The position numbers were made by a program, and so were the translations under genes. A model generated the notes under the pieces. It did not search any database. It saw only the letters and a program-made list of their open reading frames with translations, and was not told where the DNA came from. Shown piece after piece: positions 50,375 through 59,534 of a stretch of DNA of 64,000 nucleotides; position 1 is the first letter of the stretch; each line of letters starts with the position of its first letter. The stretch comes from a virus: positions 32,001 through 96,000 of IMG/VR virus record IMGVR_UViG_3300028549_001461; one strand, 5' to 3'.

Positions 50375-50722
50375 ATGAGTGAAACTCCTGAAGAAAAAGA
50401 TGTAGTTTATGCAATGCCCACATTGGCAATGCTTCCCGCTAATAATTTTAAAATACATATTGACGGTAATAAACATATAATAGAATTGCCATGTTCTGGT
50501 TCTTATAAAGAAATAGATCCAGAATTCTTTTCTGATGATGATGGTACTTTTATCTTATTCGAAAATGATACATTGTTTGTGTCTTCTATAACAAAAGTAC
50601 TTTTTGCTGTTTCTAAATACCCACGTTTAGCAGACAATCAACTTTTTTGTCCTATAACTATCACTAAAAAAGATGATAAGCTTGTAATATGTGGTCAAGT
50701 GGTAACTATGATAGGAGAATAA
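50375..50722 (+). CDS. Hypothetical protein
   Basis: GAGG site; fills the gap in the operon. Confidence 0.6.
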   Translation: MSETPEEKDVVYAMPTLAMLPANNFKIHIDGNKHIIELPCSGSYKEIDPEFFSDDDGTFILFENDTLFVSSITKVLFAVSKYPRLADNQLFCPITITKKDDKLVICGQVVTMIGE

Positions 50723-50725
50723 AAA

Positions 50726-51508
50726 ATGAGCAATTACTATGACGTTCTAGGTGTAAGTAGAACAGCTACTGAAGAAGAAATTAAAAAGGCTTTTAGAAAA
50801 TTAGCTTTAGAACATCATCCTGATAAGAATAATGGTGATGATAGTAAGTTTAAAGAAATAAATGAAGCCTACCAAGTTTTATCTGATAGTAAAAAAAGAA
50901 GAGACTATGATAATCCTGGCTTTTCTTCAGGTTCTTTTGGTAGATCTCCCTTCGACGTACACGACTTTTTTAGAGAACATTTTAATATGAACATGGGTGG
51001 GGCCGGTTCCAGAAATTTCCCACAAAAAGGACAAGACGTTAGTTTAGTTTTACCAGTATCTTTATATGAAGCCGTAGTAGGTATTGATAAACCTATAAAA
51101 TTTAATTTAGAAGACACTTGTATTAAGTGTGATGGTACAGGATTTTTAGATAGGATTACTTGTAAAGTTTGTAATGGTGCTGGGGTAAGAGCTCAAACAG
51201 TTCAACACCATAATATGCACATGATGTCACACGTTCCGTGTGATGCATGTGCCGGTAAAGGTTTTACATCTAATTCAAAATGCACTGTTTGTACATTAGG
51301 TAAAGTGGTAACAAATAAAGATTTTATAGCTACTGTACCTAAAGGTATCACCCATGGTACTACATTACAATTTCCTGGTAAGGGTGGTGTGGGTAAATTC
51401 GGAGGTCCAAATGGTGGTGTGTTTATTAGGGTGCATATTAATTTACCTAATGCGGATGCGTTAACTCCTGAACAATTAAATGTTTTAAGAGATATAAGTG
51501 CTAAATAG
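50726..51508 (+). CDS. dnaJ: DnaJ-family co-chaperone (J domain, CxxCxGxG zinc finger, shortened C-terminal domain)
   Basis: YYDVLGV...HHPDKN...FKEINEAY; [31 protein letters not shown]. Confidence 0.92.
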   Translation: MSNYYDVLGVSRTATEEEIKKAFRKLALEHHPDKNNGDDSKFKEINEAYQVLSDSKKRRDYDNPGFSSGSFGRSPFDVHDFFREHFNMNMGGAGSRNFPQKGQDVSLVLPVSLYEAVVGIDKPIKFNLEDTCIKCDGTGFLDRITCKVCNGAGVRAQTVQHHNMHMMSHVPCDACAGKGFTSNSKCTVCTLGKVVTNKDFIATVPKGITHGTTLQFPGKGGVGKFGGPNGGVFIRVHINLPNADALTPEQLNVLRDISAK

Positions 51509-52025
51509 TATACTAAGTTTAGATATATCAGCATCATCTACAGGGTGGTGCTACACAGACACGGGTGCTTCTTTTATTTCTGGTACTATAAAAAGTAATC
51601 CTAAGGATTCAAGAGGTACCCGATTAGTTAACTTTGGATCGGAGCTGGAGAATTTGTTATTGAAATTGACTCCTACTTACATAGTACAAGAGGATACTTT
51701 TTCAGGTAAAAATGTTAGAACTTTAAAAATTTTATCAGAATTCTCAGGCGTGTCTAAATATATTTGCATGAAAACCCTTAATATAGACCCCTTTATTGTG
51801 GCTAATACTTCTGTTAAATCTTACTTTAAGAGTGCTACTAAAGATATTCTATTTGATTTTATCTGTGAGCTGTTCGATTTAGTTGACACATCTTTTGCTT
51901 TAAACAATGATGCTGTTGACGCTCAAGCACAATTATTGTATTATGCTGACGAGATTTTAAATTTGTATAAATATAGATATGATAAAGATTATGGATATCT
52001 TTATTTGGAGGATACAAGTGAGTAA
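51498..52025 (+). CDS. RuvC-like Holliday junction resolvase
   Basis: [18 protein letters not shown] and NDAVDA acidic triad; GTG start. Confidence 0.8.
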   Translation: MLNSILSLDISASSTGWCYTDTGASFISGTIKSNPKDSRGTRLVNFGSELENLLLKLTPTYIVQEDTFSGKNVRTLKILSEFSGVSKYICMKTLNIDPFIVANTSVKSYFKSATKDILFDFICELFDLVDTSFALNNDAVDAQAQLLYYADEILNLYKYRYDKDYGYLYLEDTSE

Positions 52026-53196
52026 ACAAATTAAATTAAGTGCTACAAGAGTAAATACTTTTCTTCAATGTAAGCAACGTTATTGGTTTTCTTATGAAGA
52101 GCGCGTAGAAAAATTATCTAACCCTGTTTTCAAATTAGGTTTGGCTTGCCATGACACGTTAGAGAAAGCAGGTAGAGTTTGGAAAAAGAATGATCTTCAA
52201 AAGTTCTCTCAAGAACAGATTGAAGAATTATTAGTTTACTACGACGAGGCTTCTGTAAATCATGGTATAGAAGATTACGCAGACCATTTGGTAGGTAAAG
52301 ATATTGTAAAAAGCAAATTATCTAAATTTAAAATAGGCGAACGTATTGTTGGTATAGAGGATAAATTTGGTTTCGAAGGTGCCCAGGTTATAACTACTGA
52401 AAAAGGTGTTGAGCTTATAGGCGCAATAGATAAAACAGTAGAAATTGACGCTAATACAATTGCTATTGTTGATTATAAAACATCTAAAACTATACCAGAT
52501 GCTGATAAATTGCGTACTGATATACAACTTTCCATGTATGATTTGGTTGCTAGAAAGTTATATCCACAGTATAGCAAAGTTATATTGTGCCTGGACATGT
52601 TAAGAACTGGTGACTTGGTCTATACGTATAGAACAGATAGTGAGCGTGTGGATTTTGAAGACTATTTATTTGAAGTACATACTCAAATGTCTAATCTTAC
52701 TAAAGAGGACGCCAAACCATCAATTAACTTTTTGTGCGCTTGGTGTGACCATACTAATGTTTGCTCAAAATACCAAGAATTGTGTCTAAAAAAGGACTAC
52801 GCTTTTTTGAATGTTAATTCTTTATCCGATGATGCTTTAGTTGAAGAGTGGGATAATGTTAGGACAGTGCAAAAGATATTAGAACTACGTGAAAGAGAAA
52901 TAGCTGATGTAATTATAAATAAATTAAAGATACAAGAACAACCTGTAATCTCTGGTGACAAGGAACTAGTTTTAAGACAAAAAGCTACTACATCTTTTAA
53001 TGCCGTCAAGTTAAGTAGTTATATACCTAATGAGGATTTTGTGTCTCTAGTTTCTGTTTCTTCATCTAAATTAAAAAAATATCTAGAAAAAAATCCTAGT
53101 ATATTGCCTATTATGCCTGAAATTAGTGAGACAAATTTTTCAAGTTCTTATTTGGCTGCCAAAAAGAATAAACCTATAAAACAAAAAAAGGATTAA
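52018..53196 (+). CDS. RecB/Cas4-like PD-(D/E)XK exonuclease with Fe-S cysteines
   Basis: LSAT...LQC, G...H..LE, GAID, IVDYKT, QLSMY, CAWC...C; GTG start at 52018 after GGAGG. Confidence 0.85.
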   Translation: MSKQIKLSATRVNTFLQCKQRYWFSYEERVEKLSNPVFKLGLACHDTLEKAGRVWKKNDLQKFSQEQIEELLVYYDEASVNHGIEDYADHLVGKDIVKSKLSKFKIGERIVGIEDKFGFEGAQVITTEKGVELIGAIDKTVEIDANTIAIVDYKTSKTIPDADKLRTDIQLSMYDLVARKLYPQYSKVILCLDMLRTGDLVYTYRTDSERVDFEDYLFEVHTQMSNLTKEDAKPSINFLCAWCDHTNVCSKYQELCLKKDYAFLNVNSLSDDALVEEWDNVRTVQKILELREREIADVIINKLKIQEQPVISGDKELVLRQKATTSFNAVKLSSYIPNEDFVSLVSVSSSKLKKYLEKNPSILPIMPEISETNFSSSYLAAKKNKPIKQKKD

Positions 53197-53198
53197 TT

Positions 53199-54482
53199 AT
53201 GAAGAAAAAAATATTATGCTACTGTGATAGCCCTACATGTGCTACTGGTTTTGGTACTGTTAGTCGTAATGTATTGGAGCACTTGTATAGAAGTGGTGAT
53301 TATGAAATAGATATCTTTGGTATAAATTATCATGGTTTACCTCATAATTTTCCTTACAGAATTTGGCCAGCTATGGATTATCAGGCTGGTGATCCCTACG
53401 GTAGAAGAAAATTCTGTTACTTTGCTTTGGAACATGACTTTGATATTCTATGGGTATTACAAGATACTTTCATAGTAGATTTTCTTCCTGAACTTATACA
53501 TCATTTGAAAGCAAATAGAACAAAACCTTTTAGAACAATTATGTATTACCCCATAGATAGTACTTTGAAAAAAGACTGGTATAATAATATAAATGTTGTT
53601 GACAGATTAGTAGCTTATACTGATTTTGGTAGACAAGCTTTTTTAAAACAGGCAGCAGAGAATGGGCCCTCAGATGCTAAAGACAGAACAATAGATGTTA
53701 TATACCATGGTGTAGATACCAATATATTTAAAGTTTTACCAGAGACTGCTGTAACTGACTTTAAAGCAAACTATTTTTCTAAAGCTAATAAAGATAAATT
53801 TGTTTTTACAAACATTAATAGGAACCAACAAAGAAAGGACATACCAAGAACTTTACAAGCTTTTAAAGCATTTAATAAGCTTGTCCCAGAATCTATATTA
53901 TATCTGCACATGTGCCCAATAGATCAGGGTTGGGATATACCACAACTACTACCAGAAATGGGGTTAACTTTAGGTAAAGAAGTTGTTTTACCGGAGAAAA
54001 TGGAACCAAATCAAGGGTACCCTTTAGATGTTGTTAACTATCTTTACAATATTAGTGACTGTGTTATAAGCACAACTTTAGGTGAGGGTTTTGGTATTAG
54101 TTGGTTGGAAGCTATGGCTTGTAAAGTACCCGTTATAATGCCTGACAATACAGCTATGTCAGAATTGATATCTGAAGATCGCGGATATCTTACAAAAAGT
54201 GGTAGTAATCTAAGTCTATGGACAGTAATACCTAATGATAATAATCTACCCAGACCGTTAGTAGATGTTGATGACATGTTAAATCAGATGTTGCATGTTT
54301 ATAATAATCGTAGTGAAGTTACGTTAAAAGTGGAAGCTGCTTACAAATGGGTAAATTCAGAAATGCGGTGGGGAGCTAAAATAGCTAAACAGTGGCTGCG
54401 TGTTTTTGAGGAAGAGTGTAAATTGATAGGTACTAAGTCATCTGTGAGTGGTACTAAAGTTATATCAGCAGAACAAATTTAA
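53199..54482 (+). CDS. Glycosyltransferase, GT-B fold (GT4-like)
   Basis: TGFGTVSRN, IYHGVD, NRNQQRKDIP, GEGFGISWLEAMACKVPVI. Confidence 0.92.
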   Translation: MKKKILCYCDSPTCATGFGTVSRNVLEHLYRSGDYEIDIFGINYHGLPHNFPYRIWPAMDYQAGDPYGRRKFCYFALEHDFDILWVLQDTFIVDFLPELIHHLKANRTKPFRTIMYYPIDSTLKKDWYNNINVVDRLVAYTDFGRQAFLKQAAENGPSDAKDRTIDVIYHGVDTNIFKVLPETAVTDFKANYFSKANKDKFVFTNINRNQQRKDIPRTLQAFKAFNKLVPESILYLHMCPIDQGWDIPQLLPEMGLTLGKEVVLPEKMEPNQGYPLDVVNYLYNISDCVISTTLGEGFGISWLEAMACKVPVIMPDNTAMSELISEDRGYLTKSGSNLSLWTVIPNDNNLPRPLVDVDDMLNQMLHVYNNRSEVTLKVEAAYKWVNSEMRWGAKIAKQWLRVFEEECKLIGTKSSVSGTKVISAEQI

Positions 54483-54490
54483 AATAACTA

Positions 54491-54519
54491 TTGCAATAAA
54501 AAGTTTAATTGTGTATACT
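54491..54519 (+). promoter_or_regulatory. sigma70-type promoter upstream of thyX
   Basis: TTGCAA (54491-54496), 17-nt spacer, TATACT (54514-54519); AGGAGG site downstream. Confidence 0.75.
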
Positions 54520-54541
54520 TTTATGTACACAATTAAACTTT
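54500..54541. repeat. Perfect 16-bp inverted repeat with a 10-nt spacer
   Basis: aaagtttaattgtgta (54500-54515) / tacacaattaaacttt (54526-54541). Confidence 0.95.
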
Positions 54542-54563
54542 ATTAATTTTAGGAGGATTAAGT

Positions 54564-55319
54564 ATGAAAGTAAAGTTATTATCCGTAACACCTAATGCCA
54601 AAGAATTAATTTTTGCTGCCGGGAGACAATGTTACACTGAAGGTTGGGTAGGAGACTCCTGGGAAATACAAGATAACAATATCGTTATTAAAGATCTAAA
54701 CGATGGTCATACTTGTTCTGATAAAGAGATAGAAAGATTAGTTAATTATTTAAAAGAGTCTGGACATACCAGTGTCTTAGAACATGCTAAATTTACATTT
54801 GCTATCGATGGTGTTTCCAGAGCACTAACTCACCAACTTGTTAGACATAGACTTGCTTCATACTCTCAACAAAGTCAAAGATATGTAGATTTAAATGTAC
54901 AATTTTCTATTGATAATTTTGTTGTACCTCCTAAGATTCTCAAAAATGAAAAAGCTTATTTAGAATATGTTGATCTTCTTTCTAAAATACAAGATGTTTA
55001 TAATGCCTTAATTAATTTAGATATTCCTGCCGAAGATGCTAGATATGTTTTGCCTAATGCTGCTAAAACAAGAATTGTTGTGACTATGAATTGTGTGGCT
55101 CTTCTACATTTTTTTGGTTTAAGGTCTTGTACTTTAGCTCAATGGGAAATTAGAAATTTATCTAACAAACTATTGGCTATATGTAAGGAAAATTTACCTT
55201 GTGTTTTTAATAATGCAGGAAGTAGATGTGAAAATTTAGGTTATTGCCCAGAAAGTTCAAAACGATCTTGTGGTAAATATCCTACTAAAGATCAAGTTCT
55301 AGCAGAGGGACTCCATTGA
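54564..55319 (+). CDS. thyX: FAD-dependent thymidylate synthase
   Basis: GHTSVLEH, SRALTHQLVRHRLASYSQQSQRY, EDARYVLP, AQWEIR. Confidence 0.97.
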   Translation: MKVKLLSVTPNAKELIFAAGRQCYTEGWVGDSWEIQDNNIVIKDLNDGHTCSDKEIERLVNYLKESGHTSVLEHAKFTFAIDGVSRALTHQLVRHRLASYSQQSQRYVDLNVQFSIDNFVVPPKILKNEKAYLEYVDLLSKIQDVYNALINLDIPAEDARYVLPNAAKTRIVVTMNCVALLHFFGLRSCTLAQWEIRNLSNKLLAICKENLPCVFNNAGSRCENLGYCPESSKRSCGKYPTKDQVLAEGLH

Positions 55320-55699
55320 AACAATATGTAATAGGTATCATTTTTAATAACACTGTTGAAAAAGTACTGCTTATAAGGAAAAATAGACCTAAATGGCAGT
55401 CCGGTAGATTAAATGGTGTAGGTGGAAAGGTAGAAGAAGTTGAATCTTCTTATGAAGCTATGATAAGAGAATGTCAAGAAGAGTGTGGTCTTTTACTACA
55501 TAATTGGTTACTAGTAGACACCTATACGGATGGGGTAAATTTTACAATTGACTATTTTATAATTAAAACACCATCCATAGAAAAAGCCGAAACATTAACA
55601 GATGAATTAATAGAAATTTGGTCTATCAATAATTTGCAATTTACTGATGTAGTTGAGCCTACTCTGGATTTTATACATAGAGTTAAATATAAAATATAG
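55316..55699 (+). CDS. NUDIX hydrolase
   Basis: Complete Nudix box G-x5-E-x7-RE-x2-EE-x-G-L (GGKVEEVESSYEAMIRECQEECGL); TTG start overlapping the thyX stop. Confidence 0.9.
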   Translation: MKQYVIGIIFNNTVEKVLLIRKNRPKWQSGRLNGVGGKVEEVESSYEAMIRECQEECGLLLHNWLLVDTYTDGVNFTIDYFIIKTPSIEKAETLTDELIEIWSINNLQFTDVVEPTLDFIHRVKYKI

Positions 55700-55712
55700 T
55701 GGAGTTTATAGC

Positions 55713-56837
55713 ATGAAGATAACAGGGATTAAATATATAGGCCCGGTTCTAGACAATTCGGGATACGCAAAAGCTAGTAGAAATGATATATTAGCTTTGT
55801 TAACACAGGATGTGCCTTTAACATTACAACCAGTATCTTTTGAAAAATCTAATCCAGATTTAGGAGAAACTGGTGAAATACTTAAAGAACTAATAAACAA
55901 GGATATACCATATAATGTAGTTATGATAAGAACTACACCTGAATTTTGGGAAAAGTTTAAAGAACCAGGAAAGCTGATGATTAATCATACTATATGGGAA
56001 ACTACAAAACTTCATCCTGATTGGGTGCCTTATATAAATGATAATGCAGATAAACTTTTAGTAGCCACAGATTGGAATGCAGAAGTTTTTAGAGATAGTG
56101 GTATTACAATACCTATTGGTGTTGTACCTCACTGTTTAGATATAGACATCGATAAAAAAAATATTACCCCCTATAAGGTCGCAGATATAGAAAGTGACAC
56201 ATTTACATTTGGCTTTGTAGGACAGTGGGTAGAGAGAAAAGACCCTCTGTCTCTCCTTAAATCTTATTTTTATGCTTTTAGAAACAAAGAGAATGTAGCT
56301 TTAATTTTAAAAACATACAGGTCCAATTACTCGGAGCAAGAAAAACAAATCATTAGAACTACAATAAAACATTTAAAAAATGGTATGGTTTTTGATAATT
56401 TTCCAAAAATATATTTTGTTTCAGATATGTTAACTGATGCTGAGATAGATGGTTTTTACAAAGGAATTGATTGTTATGTGTCTTTGGATAGAGGTGAGGG
56501 TTGGGGATTAGGCCCGTTTCAGGCAGGAGCCGCTGGTAAACCTGTTATTGCCACAGGTTTTGGAGGAGTAAACGCTTTTTTGAAACCTGATAATAGTTAT
56601 TTAGTAAATTATACTTTAGCACCTACCCACGGCATGCCTTATTCACCGTGGTACAAATCAGAGCAACTTTGGGCCCAAGCAGATATAAAACATGGTGCTG
56701 ATCTTATGCAAGAAGTTTTTAACGATAGAGCCGGAGCAAAAGAAAAGGGACTTAAATTAAAAGAATATATAAAAGATACTTTTTCTTATACAAAAGTTGG
56801 CGCCATGATGGTTAAAGAAATTGAGGATATGCTATGA
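55713..56837 (+). CDS. Glycosyltransferase, GT-B fold (GT4-like)
   Basis: SGYAKASR, TIWETT, VGQWVERKD, RGEGWGLGPFQAGAAGKPVIAT; ATG 55713 after GGAG. Confidence 0.92.
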   Translation: MKITGIKYIGPVLDNSGYAKASRNDILALLTQDVPLTLQPVSFEKSNPDLGETGEILKELINKDIPYNVVMIRTTPEFWEKFKEPGKLMINHTIWETTKLHPDWVPYINDNADKLLVATDWNAEVFRDSGITIPIGVVPHCLDIDIDKKNITPYKVADIESDTFTFGFVGQWVERKDPLSLLKSYFYAFRNKENVALILKTYRSNYSEQEKQIIRTTIKHLKNGMVFDNFPKIYFVSDMLTDAEIDGFYKGIDCYVSLDRGEGWGLGPFQAGAAGKPVIATGFGGVNAFLKPDNSYLVNYTLAPTHGMPYSPWYKSEQLWAQADIKHGADLMQEVFNDRAGAKEKGLKLKEYIKDTFSYTKVGAMMVKEIEDML

Positions 56838-57313
56838 GAAGAACATTGAATGTAGGCTGCGGTGAAAGGGTGTATAAAATTTACCCAGAAGGATATGTGT
56901 GTGTAAATTTTGATGAACGTTCTTTGGATGGTGTTGATGTAGTAGGAGATGTCAAGGATTTATCTCAATTTTGCGATGGATATTTTTCTTATATACTCGC
57001 TTCTGACATTTTAGAGCACTTTCCTATAGACAAAAGCTTGGGTATTTTACGTGAGTGGCAGCGTGTTTTAGAAAAAGGAGGACGTATTGAATTTAGAGTA
57101 CCTAATTTAAAAACTATCTGTGCACAGTACGATGGAAAAAATGCCAAATTCATTAGTTGGCTACTCTACGGAGCTCAAAACTACTCAGGAAATTTCCATT
57201 ATGTTTGTTTTGACAGAATGCTATTAGAAGAATATTGTACTTTAGTAGGTTTGAGACCTATTGAATACAGAGAAGAGGGCAACAACTTTATATTGCTAGC
57301 CATTAAAGATTGA
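56834..57313 (+). CDS. Class I SAM-dependent methyltransferase
   Basis: LNVGCG, ASDILEHF, EWQRVLEKGG. Confidence 0.88.
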   Translation: MRRTLNVGCGERVYKIYPEGYVCVNFDERSLDGVDVVGDVKDLSQFCDGYFSYILASDILEHFPIDKSLGILREWQRVLEKGGRIEFRVPNLKTICAQYDGKNAKFISWLLYGAQNYSGNFHYVCFDRMLLEEYCTLVGLRPIEYREEGNNFILLAIKD

Positions 57314-57458
57314 TACCTATTTAAATTGCTTATTTTACCTTCTGTGAGTACTTACTAATTGTTGGTAGCTTTCCATATCTATACATATAAAAAGTTACTG
57401 TAGAGCATTCTGAGACTTTTTACGCGTATTAAATATCTAATAGAGTAGCGGAGGATTA

Positions 57459-58025
57459 ATGTCTGATTTTAAAAAAAAGTTCGTGCATAATTTACTAGAA
57501 AATGTTATAATTTCTGAAATGCTAAAAGAATTCGGTGAAGATTTATATGATAAATGCATTATGGACGTGAGCTTTGGTTGTAATTTGCATGATTTTTATC
57601 TTAATCATCTTCAGGCATCTTTAGTTACAAGCACCTCTTTACCTGATTCGGAGGTTGATACTTTGTTAGACTACCGTTTGGACGTACTTAATCTTGACCT
57701 ACATGATCGTGTAGGTGCTTTTAGTAGCCAATACGATATTGTTGTCGCCTATGATACTTTTAATGTGTACCTATCTGATATAAACTGGCAAGCTACTCTT
57801 GAGAATTTACTTTTTTATATAAAACCAGGGGGTCTTTGTATAGTAAACGGTACTTTTCCTACTATTACTTTAGATGATTCTATTCGTTCCAGATCTAAAG
57901 GTGTTTGGCGAGCTTTAATTAAAAAATGTAATTGTTCAATAATTACTTTACTTGATAATAGCTCTAACTACTTTTTTGTAAACGACAAAATAATGGTAAT
58001 TCAAAAATGCAAGAAATTAAATTAA
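57459..58025 (+). CDS. Methyltransferase-like protein (degenerate motif I)
   Basis: IMDVSFGC, YDIVVAYD and LLFYIKPGG; GGAGG site. Confidence 0.6.
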   Translation: MSDFKKKFVHNLLENVIISEMLKEFGEDLYDKCIMDVSFGCNLHDFYLNHLQASLVTSTSLPDSEVDTLLDYRLDVLNLDLHDRVGAFSSQYDIVVAYDTFNVYLSDINWQATLENLLFYIKPGGLCIVNGTFPTITLDDSIRSRSKGVWRALIKKCNCSIITLLDNSSNYFFVNDKIMVIQKCKKLN

Positions 58026-58453
58026 TCGTATCTGAGATAGATGGTGTTATAACTACAGGTGTAGATCCTGTAGATGAGCTTGGTAATGTTTTATTTAAAA
58101 ACTTTTTTATCCCTGATTTTGAAGCTATTAATAAATTAAAGGCTATATGTCCTTTTGTATTTCTATCTTCCGATAATTCAGTTAGTTACAATCTAACTAG
58201 GAGAAAAAATATCCCTTTTTATTGGACAAATAAATCAGATAAGTTAAGTATTTTACAACAAATACTAATGCGCTATAATGTTACATCTGACGAGACTCTT
58301 TATGTGGGTAGTAAATTATCTGACATACCATGTATGCAGATGGTTCCTGCTTCATTTTGTACTAACACTACTCTCGGTTTTCCTACATTTTCTTGCAAAG
58401 CTGGTGAAGGTATTTTAACTGAATTGTATATTAAATATTTTAAAAAGAATTAA
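58007..58453 (+). CDS. KdsC/YrbI-like HAD-superfamily phosphatase with altered catalytic residues
   Basis: IKLIVSEIDGVIT, K.F...D..AI, DKL and LYVGSKLSDIPCM follow the KdsC layout. Confidence 0.75.
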   Translation: MQEIKLIVSEIDGVITTGVDPVDELGNVLFKNFFIPDFEAINKLKAICPFVFLSSDNSVSYNLTRRKNIPFYWTNKSDKLSILQQILMRYNVTSDETLYVGSKLSDIPCMQMVPASFCTNTTLGFPTFSCKAGEGILTELYIKYFKKN

Positions 58454-58467
58454 TAGGGGTAGATTGT

Positions 58468-59532
58468 ATGCTTATAAGAAGAGAAACTAACAATGGTGCT
58501 AATAGTTTTTTAACTGTATATCGACCTTGTACAGTAGATGAATTTTTAGGAAGTGCAGCTGTTAAAAATCTAGTGAGTAGTTATTTGGCAAAAAATACTT
58601 TACCCCATGTACTTTTAATAACTGGGGATGCCGGTTTAGGCAAAACTACTTTAGCCAGGGTGATAGCCTTAAAATTAAATTGTGAAAATCCAGATGGAGA
58701 GAAGCCATGTTTAAAATGTAGTTCGTGTGTATCCATACTGAATGCTAATAGTATAGACGTTCATGAAATTAATGTAGGTAGTAGTAGTGGAAAGGACGCA
58801 GTGGATGGTCTTATTCATAACTTATCGTCTGCACCATTTAGTTCAAAGTATAAGATCCTTATATTTGACGAGGCTCATAGATTATCTTCAGCAGCACAAG
58901 CACTTTTGTTGAAACCATTAGAAGATTGTTATTCACATGTGTTTCTTATTTTTTGTACTAACGAGCCTGAAAAATTAGTAAATAAACTTTCGGATGACCA
59001 ACCTTTTTTAGATAGATGTAAAATATTGCATTTAACTTCTTTATCGGATGAAGAAGTATTTCAAATGCTAGAAAACGTATCTCAGTTTGAAGGGGTTAAT
59101 TATAATACAGATGTATTAAAGTACATATGCGATCTTTCTTTTGGTGTACCTAGAAAAGCTTTAAATTTCTTAGACTCTGTTATAACCGAAGGATCTTGGA
59201 ACATTGAAAATATTAAACCTCTTTTAAGTGGTATTATTCTTGACGAGGATGATGTGGGGGTATTAGAATTAAGTAAAGCACTTATAAAACGTGATTTTGG
59301 TAGTGCTTGTATTTTATTTGAACAACTTAGTAAGAAATTTCCTGTTGAAAGTATACGCGTGGCTGTATGTGGATTTTTTGTAGGTTGTTTAAAAAGAAGT
59401 AGTTTAAAGTCCGGTAAGGGTATATCTAATGCTTTAACACAGTTGACAACTCCGATATACTTAACAGGTAAACCAGCTGAACATCTTTTTTACAATATAA
59501 TGTTTAAAGTAACATCTTTAATTGAGGGTTAA
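58468..59532 (+). CDS. dnaX: Clamp loader AAA+ subunit, DNA polymerase III gamma/tau-like
   Basis: YRPCT, GDAGLGKTTLAR, LNCE...PCLKCSSC, ILIFDEAH.LS..AQ..LLK.LE, DRC. Confidence 0.9.
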   Translation: MLIRRETNNGANSFLTVYRPCTVDEFLGSAAVKNLVSSYLAKNTLPHVLLITGDAGLGKTTLARVIALKLNCENPDGEKPCLKCSSCVSILNANSIDVHEINVGSSSGKDAVDGLIHNLSSAPFSSKYKILIFDEAHRLSSAAQALLLKPLEDCYSHVFLIFCTNEPEKLVNKLSDDQPFLDRCKILHLTSLSDEEVFQMLENVSQFEGVNYNTDVLKYICDLSFGVPRKALNFLDSVITEGSWNIENIKPLLSGIILDEDDVGVLELSKALIKRDFGSACILFEQLSKKFPVESIRVAVCGFFVGCLKRSSLKSGKGISNALTQLTTPIYLTGKPAEHLFYNIMFKVTSLIEG

Positions 59533-59534
59533 TA

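Noticed and set aside
52018-53196. Cas4-like nuclease as evidence for a CRISPR-Cas system
   Set aside because: No array or other cas genes seen; solo Cas4/RecB-like exonucleases are common in phage replication modules.
57314-57458. 145-nt gap between the two methyltransferase genes as an ncRNA or promoter
   Set aside because: No convincing stem, sigma70 consensus or Shine-Dalgarno-led ORF could be identified.
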